From an uncultured Chloroflexia bacterium (GTDB taxonomy: Bacteria; Chloroflexota; Anaerolineae; CG2-30-64-16), in assembly GCA_963810095.1 (NCBI GenBank), contig CAWEMM010000006.1, positions 1,344,001-1,408,000 on the forward strand: 64,000 bases of DNA, in the 5' to 3' direction. A model generated the notes under the pieces. That model was not told the DNA's origin, did no database searches, and worked only from the letters and a program-made list of their open reading frames with translations. Positions 31,890 to 41,918 of the stretch are shown piece after piece. Position 1 is the first letter of the stretch. Every line of letters begins with the position of its first letter. Made by a program: the position numbers and the translations under genes.

Positions 31890-32519
31890 GTCTCTGCCGG
31901 AAACGCCCATGCCTGCAGACCAACCGCCGGACTCGGCGCAGCGAGACCCCGATTGGTGGGAGGCTCGCTACCTGAGCGGGGACCTGCCCTGGGACACGGG
32001 CATCACGCCGCCCGAAGTGGTGCAACTGGTTGCCTCAGGGATGGTCAAGGCGGGGTGGGCGCTGGACCTCGGGTGCGGCTCGGGGGTCACGAGCCGGTTT
32101 CTCGCAGCCAACGGATTTCGCACGATCGGCTTGGATCTTTCACTTGCCGCCTTGCGCCGCGGCGCAGCGCGGGCGGCCGCCGAGGGGTTGTCGTGTGCGT
32201 TCCTCCGGGCCAGCGTCGCCGACCTGGCCTTTCTGCAGGTCGACGTCACACTCGCAGTCGACGTCGGGTGTTTTCACAGCCTTTCGGCCCACGCCCGGCA
32301 GACCTACATCCATTCGCTGGCAGATCGTGTCGTGAGAGGCGGCTATTACCTGCTGTACGGTTTTGTCTGCGCGTCCCCGGCCGGGGAGGACGGCGACGGT
32401 CCCTGTCTCGCCTGCCTGCCGACATCGCCGCCTTTGCTCCCTGGTTTATCCTGCGCACGACGGCGCACGGAGGCGACCGGGGCCGTCCTTCGGCATGGTT
32501 CCTCATGCAGCGCGCCTAA
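31882..32519 (+). CDS. class I SAM-dependent methyltransferase, TPMT-like (frameshift near 32410)
   Basis: WEARY..PWDTGITPPEV, LDLGCGSG and DVGCFH motifs. The tail GRPSAWF lies in another frame. Confidence 0.82.
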
Positions 32520-32532
32520 ACTGGTCTGAAAT

Positions 32533-32621
32533 GGGACACTGATTGAACGGATCGGACTGATGATTATGATCTTTGCCAAAGGACAGGGCAGATCAGTTCA
32601 ATCAGTTGCATCAGCGTCCTA
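32533..32621. repeat. REP-like palindrome, family D (GGAC(A/G)C(T/A)GAT...ATC(A/T)GCGTCC)
   Basis: Related element at 63249-63340. Confidence 0.55.
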
Positions 32622-32787
32622 TTTCACATGAGATGAGTCGTCCTGCAAGCCTTGCTGCCTGCCTGCCTCGCATCGCCACACTCCGTCAAATGACTGAGTC
32701 TGCTCGAAGGAACGTTGCCCGGCTTACTTACCCTTTCCAAACCCCTTGCTACAATACTTTAAGTTTCAATTCTCCGGAGGCCATTTT

Positions 32788-33420
32788 ATGCGTTTTGAGA
32801 ATCCGCTTAAGCGGGTGGAGCGGCTGAAGCGGGTGCGCAACCTGCCGGGGCCGACTACCAACGACCGCGTGCCGCCAGGACAGTTTTTGACCGAGAAGTT
32901 CCCTGTCCTGCATTACGGCTCGGTTCCGATCTATAAGAACCTCGACAATTGGGATTTCCGCGTCTTTGGCCTCGTCGAAGAACCGCTGCGTTTGACATGG
33001 GCAGAATTGCTCCGGCTGCCCAAGCAGGTTCAGACGGTGGACATCCATTGCGTCACCCGCTGGAGCAAGCTGGACATGAACTGGGCCGGCGTGCCGTGGC
33101 GCGAGTTTGCCAAGCTCGTGAAGATCAAGCCTGAAGCAACCCATGTCATGGCGCACTGCGAGTATGGGTTTACGGCGAACGTGGACCTGGAAGTACTCGA
33201 CGACGACGATACGATGCTGGCCTACGAGTACGACGGCCAGCCCTTAACCGCCGAACACGGCTATCCGCTCCGGCTTCTGGTGCCAAAGAAGTACTTCTGG
33301 AAGAGCGCAAAGTGGTTGCGCGGCATCGAGTTTATGGCCGGCGACAAGCCCGGCTTCTGGGAGCGCAACGGCTACCACATGGAAGGTGATCCCTGGCGGG
33401 AAGAGCGTTTCGGCTGGTAG
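32788..33420 (+). CDS. sulfite-oxidase-like molybdopterin oxidoreductase (YuiH-like)
   Basis: [36 protein letters not shown] and GFWERNGYH motifs. Confidence 0.9.
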   Translation: MRFENPLKRVERLKRVRNLPGPTTNDRVPPGQFLTEKFPVLHYGSVPIYKNLDNWDFRVFGLVEEPLRLTWAELLRLPKQVQTVDIHCVTRWSKLDMNWAGVPWREFAKLVKIKPEATHVMAHCEYGFTANVDLEVLDDDDTMLAYEYDGQPLTAEHGYPLRLLVPKKYFWKSAKWLRGIEFMAGDKPGFWERNGYHMEGDPWREERFGW

Positions 33421-33507
33421 CCGGCGCGCGGCCGCCTGCGATTTAGAAGCCAGGTTTCTGCCAGAAACCTGGTTTCTTTTTCAATTCCGTGTAAAATAGA
33501 CGGCGTC

Positions 33508-35073
33508 ATGATCGGCTATCAACTGCGCCAACGCGAATACCTGCTGCAAATCAGCCGGGCGATGACGTCCCGGCTGGATCTCCCGTCCCTGCTGCGCCTG
33601 ATCTTGACCAGCGCGGCCGATCTCGTGCGCGCCGAGGCAGGCGTGATTGCCCTGCGCCGCGGCCGTTCCTCGACCCTGGTCATACACGCGTCGTATGGCG
33701 TGCCGGTGGCGCTGTTGCCCAGGTTTGCACCCTTGCTGACCGATTTCCCGCTCAAGCCCGAGGAATACCGGGTTCCCGACCTGGAGGCTCGGCTGAACAT
33801 GGTGGCCCGGGCCGTCCGCCTGCCGCTGAGCCAAGTCATCGCGCTCCCGCTCATCGTCCACGACGGCCTGTCCGGGGTGATCTACCTGTTCCGCAGCGGC
33901 AGCATTGCGTTCACCGAAAACGATCAGGCCGTGCTCTCCAGCTTCGCCGACCAGGCGGCCATCGCGGTCCGCAACGCGCAACTCTACCAGCAGGTGAGCG
34001 CGGAAAAGCGCCAGCTTGACGCGGTGATCCAGCACAGCGCGGACGGCGTGATGATTCTCGATCCCGACCTGCGCATCCAAGTCTTTAACCAGGCATTGAG
34101 CCGCCTTTTGGGGTGGCCGGCAGACCAGGCCGTCGGCCGGCCCTGCTACCAGGTGCTGGCGCTGGAAGAAGTCGTGGGGGACGACCTGTGCAGCGCAGCC
34201 GGTGGCGAGGCTGTTTTCGCCGGCGGCCAGCCCAGGACGGCCGACGGTGTCGTCGTGCGACCGGGTGGCTCGCGCGTCTCGGTGAGCGTCACCTATTCGC
34301 CGCTGTACGACGAGGACGGGCGGCTGACGAACGTGATTGCGAACGTGGTGGATGTGACCCGCTTTCGTGAGGCGGAGGAAATGAAGGCCTCGTTCGTCTC
34401 GGTCATTTCTCACGAACTGAAGACCCCTGTGGCTCTGATCAAGGGGTATGCGAGCACGCTCGCGCGCGAGGACGCCGAGTGGGACCGGGAGACGCTGCGC
34501 GAGGGACTCCAGGTGATCGGCGAGGAGAGCGACCGCCTAAACGCCCTGATCAACAACCTGTTGGACGCCTCACGCATCCAAGCGGGCGGCTTTACCGTCG
34601 AGCGGGCCGACCTGGACCTGGCCGGGCTGGCCGCGTCCGTCGTCGAGAACTGGCGCATTCAAACCGAGCGCCACCGTTTCATCCTTGATTTCCCCCCGGG
34701 CTTTCCCGACGTAGAGGGTGACGAAGAGCGCCTGCGGCAGGTGCTGAACAACCTGCTGAACAACGCGATCAAGTACTCGCCCGAGGGCGGCGAGGTGCGG
34801 GTGGGGGGCTGGCGCGAGGGCGACCACGTGACGACATACGTCGCGGACCAGGGCATCGGCATTCCAGAGGCCGAGCAGGCCAACCTGTTCCAGCGCTTTT
34901 ATCGCGTCGATTCGAGCCTGCGCCGCTCGACGCAGGGCGCGGGGCTTGGGCTCTTCCTGTGCCGCTCCATTATCGAGGCGCATGGCGGGCGGATTTGGCT
35001 GCGAAGTGAGCCGGGCAAGGGTACGACCGTCTTCTTCACCCTGCCGGTCGCAGGCTCCAACGCGGGACGCTGA
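33508..35073 (+). CDS. cytoplasmic GAF-PAS sensor histidine kinase
   Basis: GAF region (FADQAAIAVRNA), PAS domain, SHELKTP H-box, NAIKYS, DQGIGI and GAGLGL motifs. Confidence 0.92.
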   Translation: MIGYQLRQREYLLQISRAMTSRLDLPSLLRLILTSAADLVRAEAGVIALRRGRSSTLVIHASYGVPVALLPRFAPLLTDFPLKPEEYRVPDLEARLNMVARAVRLPLSQVIALPLIVHDGLSGVIYLFRSGSIAFTENDQAVLSSFADQAAIAVRNAQLYQQVSAEKRQLDAVIQHSADGVMILDPDLRIQVFNQALSRLLGWPADQAVGRPCYQVLALEEVVGDDLCSAAGGEAVFAGGQPRTADGVVVRPGGSRVSVSVTYSPLYDEDGRLTNVIANVVDVTRFREAEEMKASFVSVISHELKTPVALIKGYASTLAREDAEWDRETLREGLQVIGEESDRLNALINNLLDASRIQAGGFTVERADLDLAGLAASVVENWRIQTERHRFILDFPPGFPDVEGDEERLRQVLNNLLNNAIKYSPEGGEVRVGGWREGDHVTTYVADQGIGIPEAEQANLFQRFYRVDSSLRRSTQGAGLGLFLCRSIIEAHGGRIWLRSEPGKGTTVFFTLPVAGSNAGR

Positions 35074-35107
35074 AGGTGCAGGAGCCAGCTGAGGATCCAG
35101 GAGCAAG

Positions 35108-35809
35108 ATGAAGAAACGCATCCTTGTCGTCGACGACGAGCCGCGCATGCGCCGCTTCGTGCGCATGAACCTGGACCTGGAAGGGTACGAGGTGCTGGAG
35201 GCGGACAATGGGCTGGTCGCACTGCAGAAGGTGCGCGACGACATGCCCGACCTGGTCCTGCTCGACGTGGCCATGCCCGAGATGGACGGGTTCGAGACGC
35301 TGGAGCGCATCCGCGAGGTCTCGGCCGTCCCCGTGATCATGCTCACCGTCAAGAGCGACGAGGACGACCGTATCCACGGGTTGGACTTGGGCGCGGACGA
35401 CTACGTGACCAAGCCCTTCAGCCCCCGGGAGTTGTCGAGCCGCATTCGGGCGGTGCTGCGCCGGGTGGAGCCGGCCAAGGGCAGTGTCGAAGAGCCGCTG
35501 GTGATCGACGAAGATCTGCAGATCGACTTCCCGCGGCGAACCGTCATCGCGCGGGGCGAGCCCGTCAAGCTGCGGCCCACCGAATACCGGCTGCTGCTAC
35601 ACCTGGTCGAGAACGCGGGCTGGATCGTGCCCCAGGAAACGCTGCTGTCGAAGGTGTGGGGACCGGAGTACCGGGACGACAACCAGCTGTTGCGCCTGTA
35701 TATTACCTACCTGCGGAAGAAGATCGAGCCGGACCCGGCCAACCCGAGGTACATCCTCACGGAGCGCGGCGTCGGTTACCAGTTCACGAACTACAAGAAG
35801 GCTGCCTGA
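35108..35809 (+). CDS. OmpR/KdpE-family response regulator
   Basis: [27 protein letters not shown] and winged-helix TERGVGY motifs. Confidence 0.93.
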   Translation: MKKRILVVDDEPRMRRFVRMNLDLEGYEVLEADNGLVALQKVRDDMPDLVLLDVAMPEMDGFETLERIREVSAVPVIMLTVKSDEDDRIHGLDLGADDYVTKPFSPRELSSRIRAVLRRVEPAKGSVEEPLVIDEDLQIDFPRRTVIARGEPVKLRPTEYRLLLHLVENAGWIVPQETLLSKVWGPEYRDDNQLLRLYITYLRKKIEPDPANPRYILTERGVGYQFTNYKKAA

Positions 35810-35878
35810 GCGAGGCGCCGGTCAGCGGCCCTGACCGGACCTCGCCGGCGGCGAGATAGCCTGGAACAGCATCCGCTC

Positions 35879-35948
35879 CGCGAAGACGGCGAAGGCGCCC
35901 GCATTTGCGGGCGCAGCGAAGACGCGAAGCGCGAAGGTCGCGAAGGCC
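35879..35948. repeat. (C)GCGAAG-rich iterated repeat, family B
   Basis: Multiple CGAAG units. Similar tracts at 46005-46086 and, inverted, 62521-62567. Confidence 0.55.
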
Positions 35949-36121
35949 GGCCCTCAGAGCTCCGCAAGCCGACGGGCGCGCCGCAGTCGAAGGGTGCCGA
36001 GCGTCGCGATCAACAGATTCAATGTGGTTGCACTTAGATTCCATCCGAGCCAGGCGGGGCACGGTGAGACACCGGCCCCAGCTAATTCTCGGATAGACAT
36101 TTGGATGAAGCGCGGTTGAGG

Positions 36122-37531
36122 CTACGCGAGCCGCACGGCCAGCGGAATGCGGCCCGACGCCGGCGGCTGCCAGGGGAGGGGGCCGACAACCGTCGCGCCC
36201 GGCCCGAGCATCGGCGCCGCAAACTGCGCAGCGCATTCCCAAGGGGCGGCATCGGCACGCCGGAAGCAGACTTCGCCGGTGATCCCGTAGAGATATGCAA
36301 GACCGGGATTCGTGACCCGGACGTAGAGCGCGTTTTCGTGCCCCACCTCGGCCGCCTGTGCCTGGCTCCCGCCATCGGGCCTCTGGCGCAGCCACACATC
36401 CGCGCTGCCTGTGATCAGGCCCCCCTCAGACTTGCCGTAGACCACTGGGTGCCCGGCTGGATTGCGGCGGGCTGAGAAGATCGTCGAGGCATACCGGCTG
36501 ACGTAGGCGTACGGGATGTAGCCGTAGCCGGGCTGCCAGACGCCGTCCCACGCCCACGGCTGCCATGAGTTGCGCAGCAGGAAGTAGCCGCCGCCGGGCG
36601 CCCGTGGGTCGTCCTGATACCCCACTATGGTCATCGCGTGCCCCTCGCGCATCGGCTCGCCGGCCAGGGGCAGCGTGATCTTGCCCCAGCGCGTCATAGC
36701 CGACGACTTGAACCAGCTGTCGAAGACGGGCAGGGAGAAGGCGATACTCCGCCCTTCGACCAGGCACGCTTTCATCCCGGCGATGTCGGTGCGGCTAAAC
36801 TCCTGCGCGGGCTGGATGGCAAAGCCGAGGTCGCCGCCCGCGGCCAGCGGCGGCGGTGCGGCGAGGTCAGAGCCGGTCGCAGGCTGTGGCACGTAAGGCC
36901 AGAGTGCTTCGAGCGGCGCGCCCGCCTCGCCAAGGCAGCGCATGCCCAGTGACAGGTAGGTGCCGCTTCGTCCGGGTAACCCATCCCGCTCCTTGCACCA
37001 CCAGTAGACGTACTCCTCGGAGAGGTCCAGGTCGTGGGGCGCGCCGGCGGCAAGTTCGAGCTGCTCTCGCAGGGCCAGGACGGCATGCGCCACGCAGGTC
37101 GGGCGCTTGCCCTGGCTGCGCAGTGGGGGAAGTTGGTCCAGGAGATGGTGGCTGATCGGAAGCGGGAGGCGGCTTTCGGCGACGTACGGCGGCAGCGCGG
37201 CCATGCGTGCAGCGGTGACGGCCGGATCTTCGAGGAGCGCGCCCAGGGGGTAATCGGCAGCCGCCGTTTCCATTTCAAGGGCGGCGTCGACGCCGCGGCG
37301 CGCGGGCAGGGTGAGCCGTTGTGCGGCGCTAACGATCGTGTCGAGGCGCGGCCGCTCCAGGCCGAGCATCGAAGCCAACCGAGTGCGGGTGGCCTCGTTC
37401 GTGCCGTAGATGCCGACCAGTTGTGGCGCACTGTCGATCCACAGATCGTTCAGTGTCTGCACCTGGCCGGCATCGAGGCCGGGCACGGCCGAAAGTGGGG
37501 CGGACGCGGGTATCAGATCAGGCGGAAACAC
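36122..37531 (-). CDS. C1 (papain-family) cysteine peptidase with N-terminal HhH-like region
   Basis: SQGKRPTCVAHA (Gln/Cys), DLSEEYVY, GHAMTIVGY (His), LRNSW (Asn) and GYGYIPYAYV motifs. Confidence 0.85.
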   Translation of the reverse strand: MFPPDLIPASAPLSAVPGLDAGQVQTLNDLWIDSAPQLVGIYGTNEATRTRLASMLGLERPRLDTIVSAAQRLTLPARRGVDAALEMETAAADYPLGALLEDPAVTAARMAALPPYVAESRLPLPISHHLLDQLPPLRSQGKRPTCVAHAVLALREQLELAAGAPHDLDLSEEYVYWWCKERDGLPGRSGTYLSLGMRCLGEAGAPLEALWPYVPQPATGSDLAAPPPLAAGGDLGFAIQPAQEFSRTDIAGMKACLVEGRSIAFSLPVFDSWFKSSAMTRWGKITLPLAGEPMREGHAMTIVGYQDDPRAPGGGYFLLRNSWQPWAWDGVWQPGYGYIPYAYVSRYASTIFSARRNPAGHPVVYGKSEGGLITGSADVWLRQRPDGGSQAQAAEVGHENALYVRVTNPGLAYLYGITGEVCFRRADAAPWECAAQFAAPMLGPGATVVGPLPWQPPASGRIPLAVRLA

Positions 37532-37540
37532 GCTCGTCCC

Positions 37541-38720
37541 TTAGATGACGCCCATCTCCTTGCCCACCTTCTCGAAGATCGCCAGCACGCGGTCCATCTG
37601 CTCGAAAGTGTGCGTCGCCATGTAGCTGGTGCGCAAGAGCTCGCGGCCGGGCTGGACCGCGGGAGCCAGTACCGGGTTCACAAACACGCCCTCGTCGAAC
37701 AGGCGCCGCCACATGAAGAGCGTGAGCATCTGCTCGCCAAGGATAACTGGAATGACGGCGGTTGTCGAGGTGCCGATGTTGAAGCCCAGCCGCCGGTAGC
37801 CGTCACGCATGTAGTCAGCGATCTTGCACAAGTGCTCGACCCGTTCCGGCTCCTCGCGCATGATCTTCAAGGATGCGAGGGCCGCCGCCGCGTTCGAGGG
37901 CGGGATGCTGGCGCTGAAGAGGAGCGACCGTGCGTGATGCTTGATGTAGTGCACCACGGGCTCGTCGCCGGCGATAAAGCCGCCCAGCGATGCGAACGAC
38001 TTGCTGAAGGTGGACATCACCAAGTCGATGTCGCGCGTCATGTGGAAGTGCTCGCCTGTGCCCCGCCCGCAACCCAATACGCCGATCGCGTGTGCATCGT
38101 CGACCAGCAGCCGGGCGCCGTACTTTCGGCACAGGGGGATCAACTCGGGCAGCGGCGCGATATCGCCTTCCATACTGTACAGCCCATCCACACACACCAA
38201 CTTGCCTTTGTCTTCGGGCAGCCGCTCCAGGATGCGCTCTAGCTCCGCCATGTCCTGGTGGGCGAACCGCTTGGTCTCGCCGTAGCTCAGCTTTGCGCCG
38301 TCGACCAGGCTGGCGTGATCCTCTTTGTCGAGGATGACGTAGTCTCCGCGGCCGATCAACGCGCTCGATGGCCCCGAGGTTAGCCTGCATGCCGGTGGAG
38401 AAGACGACGGCCGATTCCTTACCCACGAAATCCGCCAGCTCGTGCTCGAGCTGCTCGTGCATCTCCAGCGTCCCGTTGAGGAATCGCGAACCCGTGCAGC
38501 TGGTTCCGTAACGTTTGATCGCCTGGATGGCCGCCTCGCGGACCCGCGGATCGGTGGTCAGCCCGAGGTAGTTGTTGGAGCCGCACATGATGAGGCGGTG
38601 GCCCTTATAGACTGCCTCCGAGCCCTCGTTTTCGGTCAGCGGGATGAAGTAGGGATAATAGCCGGCCGCAATGGCCTCTTTGGCTTCGGTGAATTCGTGC
38701 GTTTTGGCGAAAAGATCCAT
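37541..38720 (-). CDS. spt: serine palmitoyltransferase-like alpha-oxoamine synthase (frameshift near 38362)
   Basis: [43 protein letters not shown] and [11 protein letters not shown] (PLP Lys) motifs; adjacent to bCerS-like and KDSR-like genes. Confidence 0.8.
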
Positions 38721-38809
38721 GAGTGCTCCTTCAGCTAGGGGTCGAGTCCTATCCTGTGGCGTGCACGGGGGTGAATGCCGCCGTGTACGTCACAGATACA
38801 GACGTGACC

Positions 38810-39790
38810 TCAGGTAAGGTAACCGTGTTCCCGATACCAATGATACGCCCGTTCTGCCGCCTCGCGGAAAGGAAGAATGGGAAACCCGAGTTCGGTCACG
38901 GCTTTGCCTGAGTCAAAAAAGACATTGTGCGCGGAAAGTCGAAGCTGGTCACCACTGGCCATCGGGCGGGGGATAAACCGGTTAGCCAGGTCCAGCACAG
39001 TCGCCGCCGGCGGCAGCGCCCAGCCGGGAATGATCCAGGCAGGCGGGCGGGTGCCGACGATATCGGAAATGATAGCAGTAATCTGGCGATATGTCAGGTT
39101 TTCGCCCCCCAGGATGTATCGCTCGCCTACCCGGCCCAGTTCGGCGGCCGCGAGGTGCCCCGCGACGACCGCATCGATGTCGACCATGCACAGGCCCCCC
39201 GGCGGACAGCCGGGCAGGGGCCGCTTTGCCATTTCCACGATCAAGCTGCCTGAGATCAGGTTATGGTCGCCCGGGCCCATGACTGCGGCGGGGTTGACGA
39301 TCACGGCGGGCAGTCCCAGCTTGACCGCCCTGGCCACCTCCAATTCGGCGAGGTGCTTGCTGTGGGCGTAGGCGAAACCCTTCTCGCGCGCGTCGAAGGG
39401 CTGGCTTTCGTCCGACGGCCTTCCGTCGCGCCGCACGCCCACGGCCGCGGCGGACGAAGTATGCACGACGCGCGAAACGCCCGCCCGCAGGCACGCATCC
39501 ATGACGATCCGGGTGCCTTCGACGTTCACCCGGCGAACGGCTGCTTCGTTCGAGCGCCAATAGGATGAAACGGCCGCGACGTGGAAGACCCGGTCGCAGC
39601 CGTCGACGGCGGCCCTGACCGCACCGGCGTCGAGAATGTCGCCGTGGACATGCTCGACCGGGAGGCCGTCCAGCGCGATGGTGCTCGAGTTCTTCCGCCT
39701 TAAGATGCGGACGTCGTCTCCCCGGCGGACGAGCGCGGCGGCCAGTTGGCTGCCGACGAACCCTGTCGCGCCGGTGACCAGCACCTTCAC
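38810..39790 (-). CDS. NAD-dependent epimerase/dehydratase (HpnA/dihydroflavonol-reductase-like; candidate ceramide reductase)
   Basis: VTGATGFVG, VFHVAA, HTSSAAA and YAHSK motifs. GTGA overlap with the upstream gene. Confidence 0.8.
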   Translation of the reverse strand: MKVLVTGATGFVGSQLAAALVRRGDDVRILRRKNSSTIALDGLPVEHVHGDILDAGAVRAAVDGCDRVFHVAAVSSYWRSNEAAVRRVNVEGTRIVMDACLRAGVSRVVHTSSAAAVGVRRDGRPSDESQPFDAREKGFAYAHSKHLAELEVARAVKLGLPAVIVNPAAVMGPGDHNLISGSLIVEMAKRPLPGCPPGGLCMVDIDAVVAGHLAAAELGRVGERYILGGENLTYRQITAIISDIVGTRPPAWIIPGWALPPAATVLDLANRFIPRPMASGDQLRLSAHNVFFDSGKAVTELGFPILPFREAAERAYHWYREHGYLT

Positions 39791-40920
39791 AGAGGCTTCT
39801 CGTAGATGCGGTAGGTCTTGTACTTACGGCCGCCCATGCGCTCGATGATCGTGTTCATCATCGTGTTGGTTTCCAGGATCCACGAGCCTTCGACGCGCTT
39901 GTAGCCGTGTTTGAGGGCTTCCTGGGCCGTCTCCAGGTAGAAGATGGCATCTACGCCGAGGCCGCGGTACTCCTCGATCATGCCCATGATCATCAAGCGG
40001 CACTGGTCGATGTGGCGCCGCGCGAGCAGGAACTTGGGCAGGCCGAGCGGCCACATGTGCCCTCCGCCCGAGCGCTTGAGCGCCTGGTGCAGGTCGGGCA
40101 TGGTGAGCGACACGCCCGCGGGCCTGCCGTCCGCAGTTTCGGCGATAAAGATGAGGTTGGGATCGACCATCGGCTTGAGGCTGCCGACTAGGTGGTCGAT
40201 CTCGTGGTCGGTAAGGGGCACGAAGCCCCAGTTCTTCTGCCACGCGCCGTTGTAGGCCGCCTTGATGAGCGCAATCTCCGAGTCCAGGTGCTTCATGTCG
40301 ATCTTGCGCACGCGCAGGCCGTGCCGCTCCATCGCCTTCTTGGAGACTCGGTACAGTTTCTGGGGCGCCTCGTCCAGAGCCTTCTGGATGTCGTAGATCC
40401 AGGCGAACAAGTCCATCGCCTTGACGTACCCGTGGCATTCGATCAAGGCGGGATAGTAACGCGGGTTGTGGGTAAGCATGAGCATCGGCGGAGTATCAAA
40501 ACCGTCGATCAGGGTGCCCACCTCGTCGTTCGTCGAGAAGTTCAGGGGGCCGCGGATGAGGTTCATCCCCTGCAAGCGGCACCAATCCTCTGCGGTCTGG
40601 AAGAGCGCGCCCGCAACTTCGGGGTCGTTGACCGATTCGAAGAAGCCCCAGCCGCCGGCCAGCTCGTTGTGCACCCGGTTATGGTTGTCGTTGACCACGC
40701 CGCCGATGGTCCCGACGATCTTCCCCGCCCGGCGAGCGACGAAAAGCTGGTAGCGCGAGTGCTCGTAGAAAGGGTTCTTTTTGGTGTCGAAGAATGCGAG
40801 TCGTTCCTCGATCAGGGGCGGCACCCAGCACGGGTCGTCCTGGTAGAGCTTGAAAGGAAACTGCACATACGCGGACAGCCCTTTGCGGCTATTGACGGCT
40901 TCGATGTCGATGTTGCTCAT
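39787..40920 (-). CDS. GNAT-like protein, bacterial ceramide synthase (bCerS/YghO-like)
   Basis: FPFKLY..WVPPL, NPFYEH, GFFESVND, RGPLNFSTNDEVG, HNPRYY, WQKNWGFVP, SWILETN and KTYRIY motifs. Confidence 0.8.
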   Translation of the reverse strand: MSNIDIEAVNSRKGLSAYVQFPFKLYQDDPCWVPPLIEERLAFFDTKKNPFYEHSRYQLFVARRAGKIVGTIGGVVNDNHNRVHNELAGGWGFFESVNDPEVAGALFQTAEDWCRLQGMNLIRGPLNFSTNDEVGTLIDGFDTPPMLMLTHNPRYYPALIECHGYVKAMDLFAWIYDIQKALDEAPQKLYRVSKKAMERHGLRVRKIDMKHLDSEIALIKAAYNGAWQKNWGFVPLTDHEIDHLVGSLKPMVDPNLIFIAETADGRPAGVSLTMPDLHQALKRSGGGHMWPLGLPKFLLARRHIDQCRLMIMGMIEEYRGLGVDAIFYLETAQEALKHGYKRVEGSWILETNTMMNTIIERMGGRKYKTYRIYEKPL

Positions 40921-40936
40921 GGTGCCTCCTCTGACG

Positions 40937-41767
40937 TTATTCCTGTCGAGGCTCGTGCTTGCGACGGGCCCGCCCAATGAGTTGGTCGAGTACGGGGAAC
41001 TGCAGGTCGCCGAGCAGGCTGGCGGCCCGGGCCGCGGCGCTCATTTCCAGCCCGGGCACGATCGAATAGCGGTTGTGGCGTATGCCGTGGAGGATTTCGC
41101 GCGCGACGTACTCAGGCGAAACGACCGTGCCGCCGTAGACGTCGTGGGCCTCGGGAGGGCGGAGGGGGACTTCCCCTGTGAGCTGCGGTGTGTCGGTGTC
41201 TGGCGGATAGACTACGGCGACGTGGATGCCGTACGGCTTGAGCTCGATCCGCAGCACGTCGGACAGCCCCCGGAGCGCGCACTTGGACGCCGCGTACGCG
41301 GTGTAGCCATACGTCGGGAGCAAGGCTGCGCCTGAGGCAACATTGACGATAAAGCCCGCCCGCCGTTCGATCATGCCGGGCATCACGGCTTTAATCACGT
41401 GCAACGCACCGAAGTAGTTGACGTCCATCATCTCGTGAAAGACGTCAAGATCCAGGTCCGCGAAATAGCCGGGGTGGGTGACGCCGTGCGAGTTGACGAC
41501 GATGTGGGGGAGCCCCACCCGGCGCGTTACTTCGGCGACCGCGGCGGCGGCTTGTGCAGGGTCGGCCACGTCGGCCGCCGTCGCGCCGCACACCTGATCG
41601 GGCCGTGTGCAAGCGGCCTTGACTTCGTCCAGGGCCTGTGCCAGGCGTTCCCGGTTGCGGGCCACCAGCCAGACATGGGCTTCTTCGCGGGCAAAAGCGC
41701 GGGCAGCCGCCAGTCCGATGCCGCTGGAGCCGCCCGTGATGAGAATGACTTGGTTACGGAAGGTCAT
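40937..41767 (-). CDS. SDR resembling 3-ketodihydrosphingosine reductase (KDSR/Tsc10-like)
   Basis: ITGGSSGIG, MDVNYFG, YTAYAASKCALRGL and the KDSR-type YPPDTDTP motif. Confidence 0.78.
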   Translation of the reverse strand: MTFRNQVILITGGSSGIGLAAARAFAREEAHVWLVARNRERLAQALDEVKAACTRPDQVCGATAADVADPAQAAAAVAEVTRRVGLPHIVVNSHGVTHPGYFADLDLDVFHEMMDVNYFGALHVIKAVMPGMIERRAGFIVNVASGAALLPTYGYTAYAASKCALRGLSDVLRIELKPYGIHVAVVYPPDTDTPQLTGEVPLRPPEAHDVYGGTVVSPEYVAREILHGIRHNRYSIVPGLEMSAAARAASLLGDLQFPVLDQLIGRARRKHEPRQE

Positions 41768-41819
41768 GAAATGAATGCTCGAGCGCGCGTGGGTACGTAC
41801 GCGAGGTAAGATTATGTGT

Positions 41820-41849
41820 ATTATATAACACCGGCGGGTCGCGATGCAA
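41820..41849 (-). promoter_or_regulatory. promoter of the sphingolipid operon (TTGCAT-18-TATAAT)
   Basis: AT-rich patch about 50 nt upstream of the SDR start. Confidence 0.55.
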
Positions 41850-41918
41850 GCGCCATGAACGAACGGACTGGGCCTTAAGGCCAGTCTACGTGGGCCGTCC
41901 CGGCCGTGCGCCGGAGAG

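Noticed and set aside
35810-36120. Possible ncRNA between the response regulator and the C1 peptidase
   Set aside because: Only GC hairpins and a CGAAG repeat between convergent genes, with no promoter or recognisable RNA motif.
37541-38720. Annotation as bioF or kbl
   Set aside because: No biotin or threonine-dehydrogenase genes are adjacent. The GSRFLNGT motif and the bCerS/KDSR neighbours favour Spt, though this is unproven without phylogeny.
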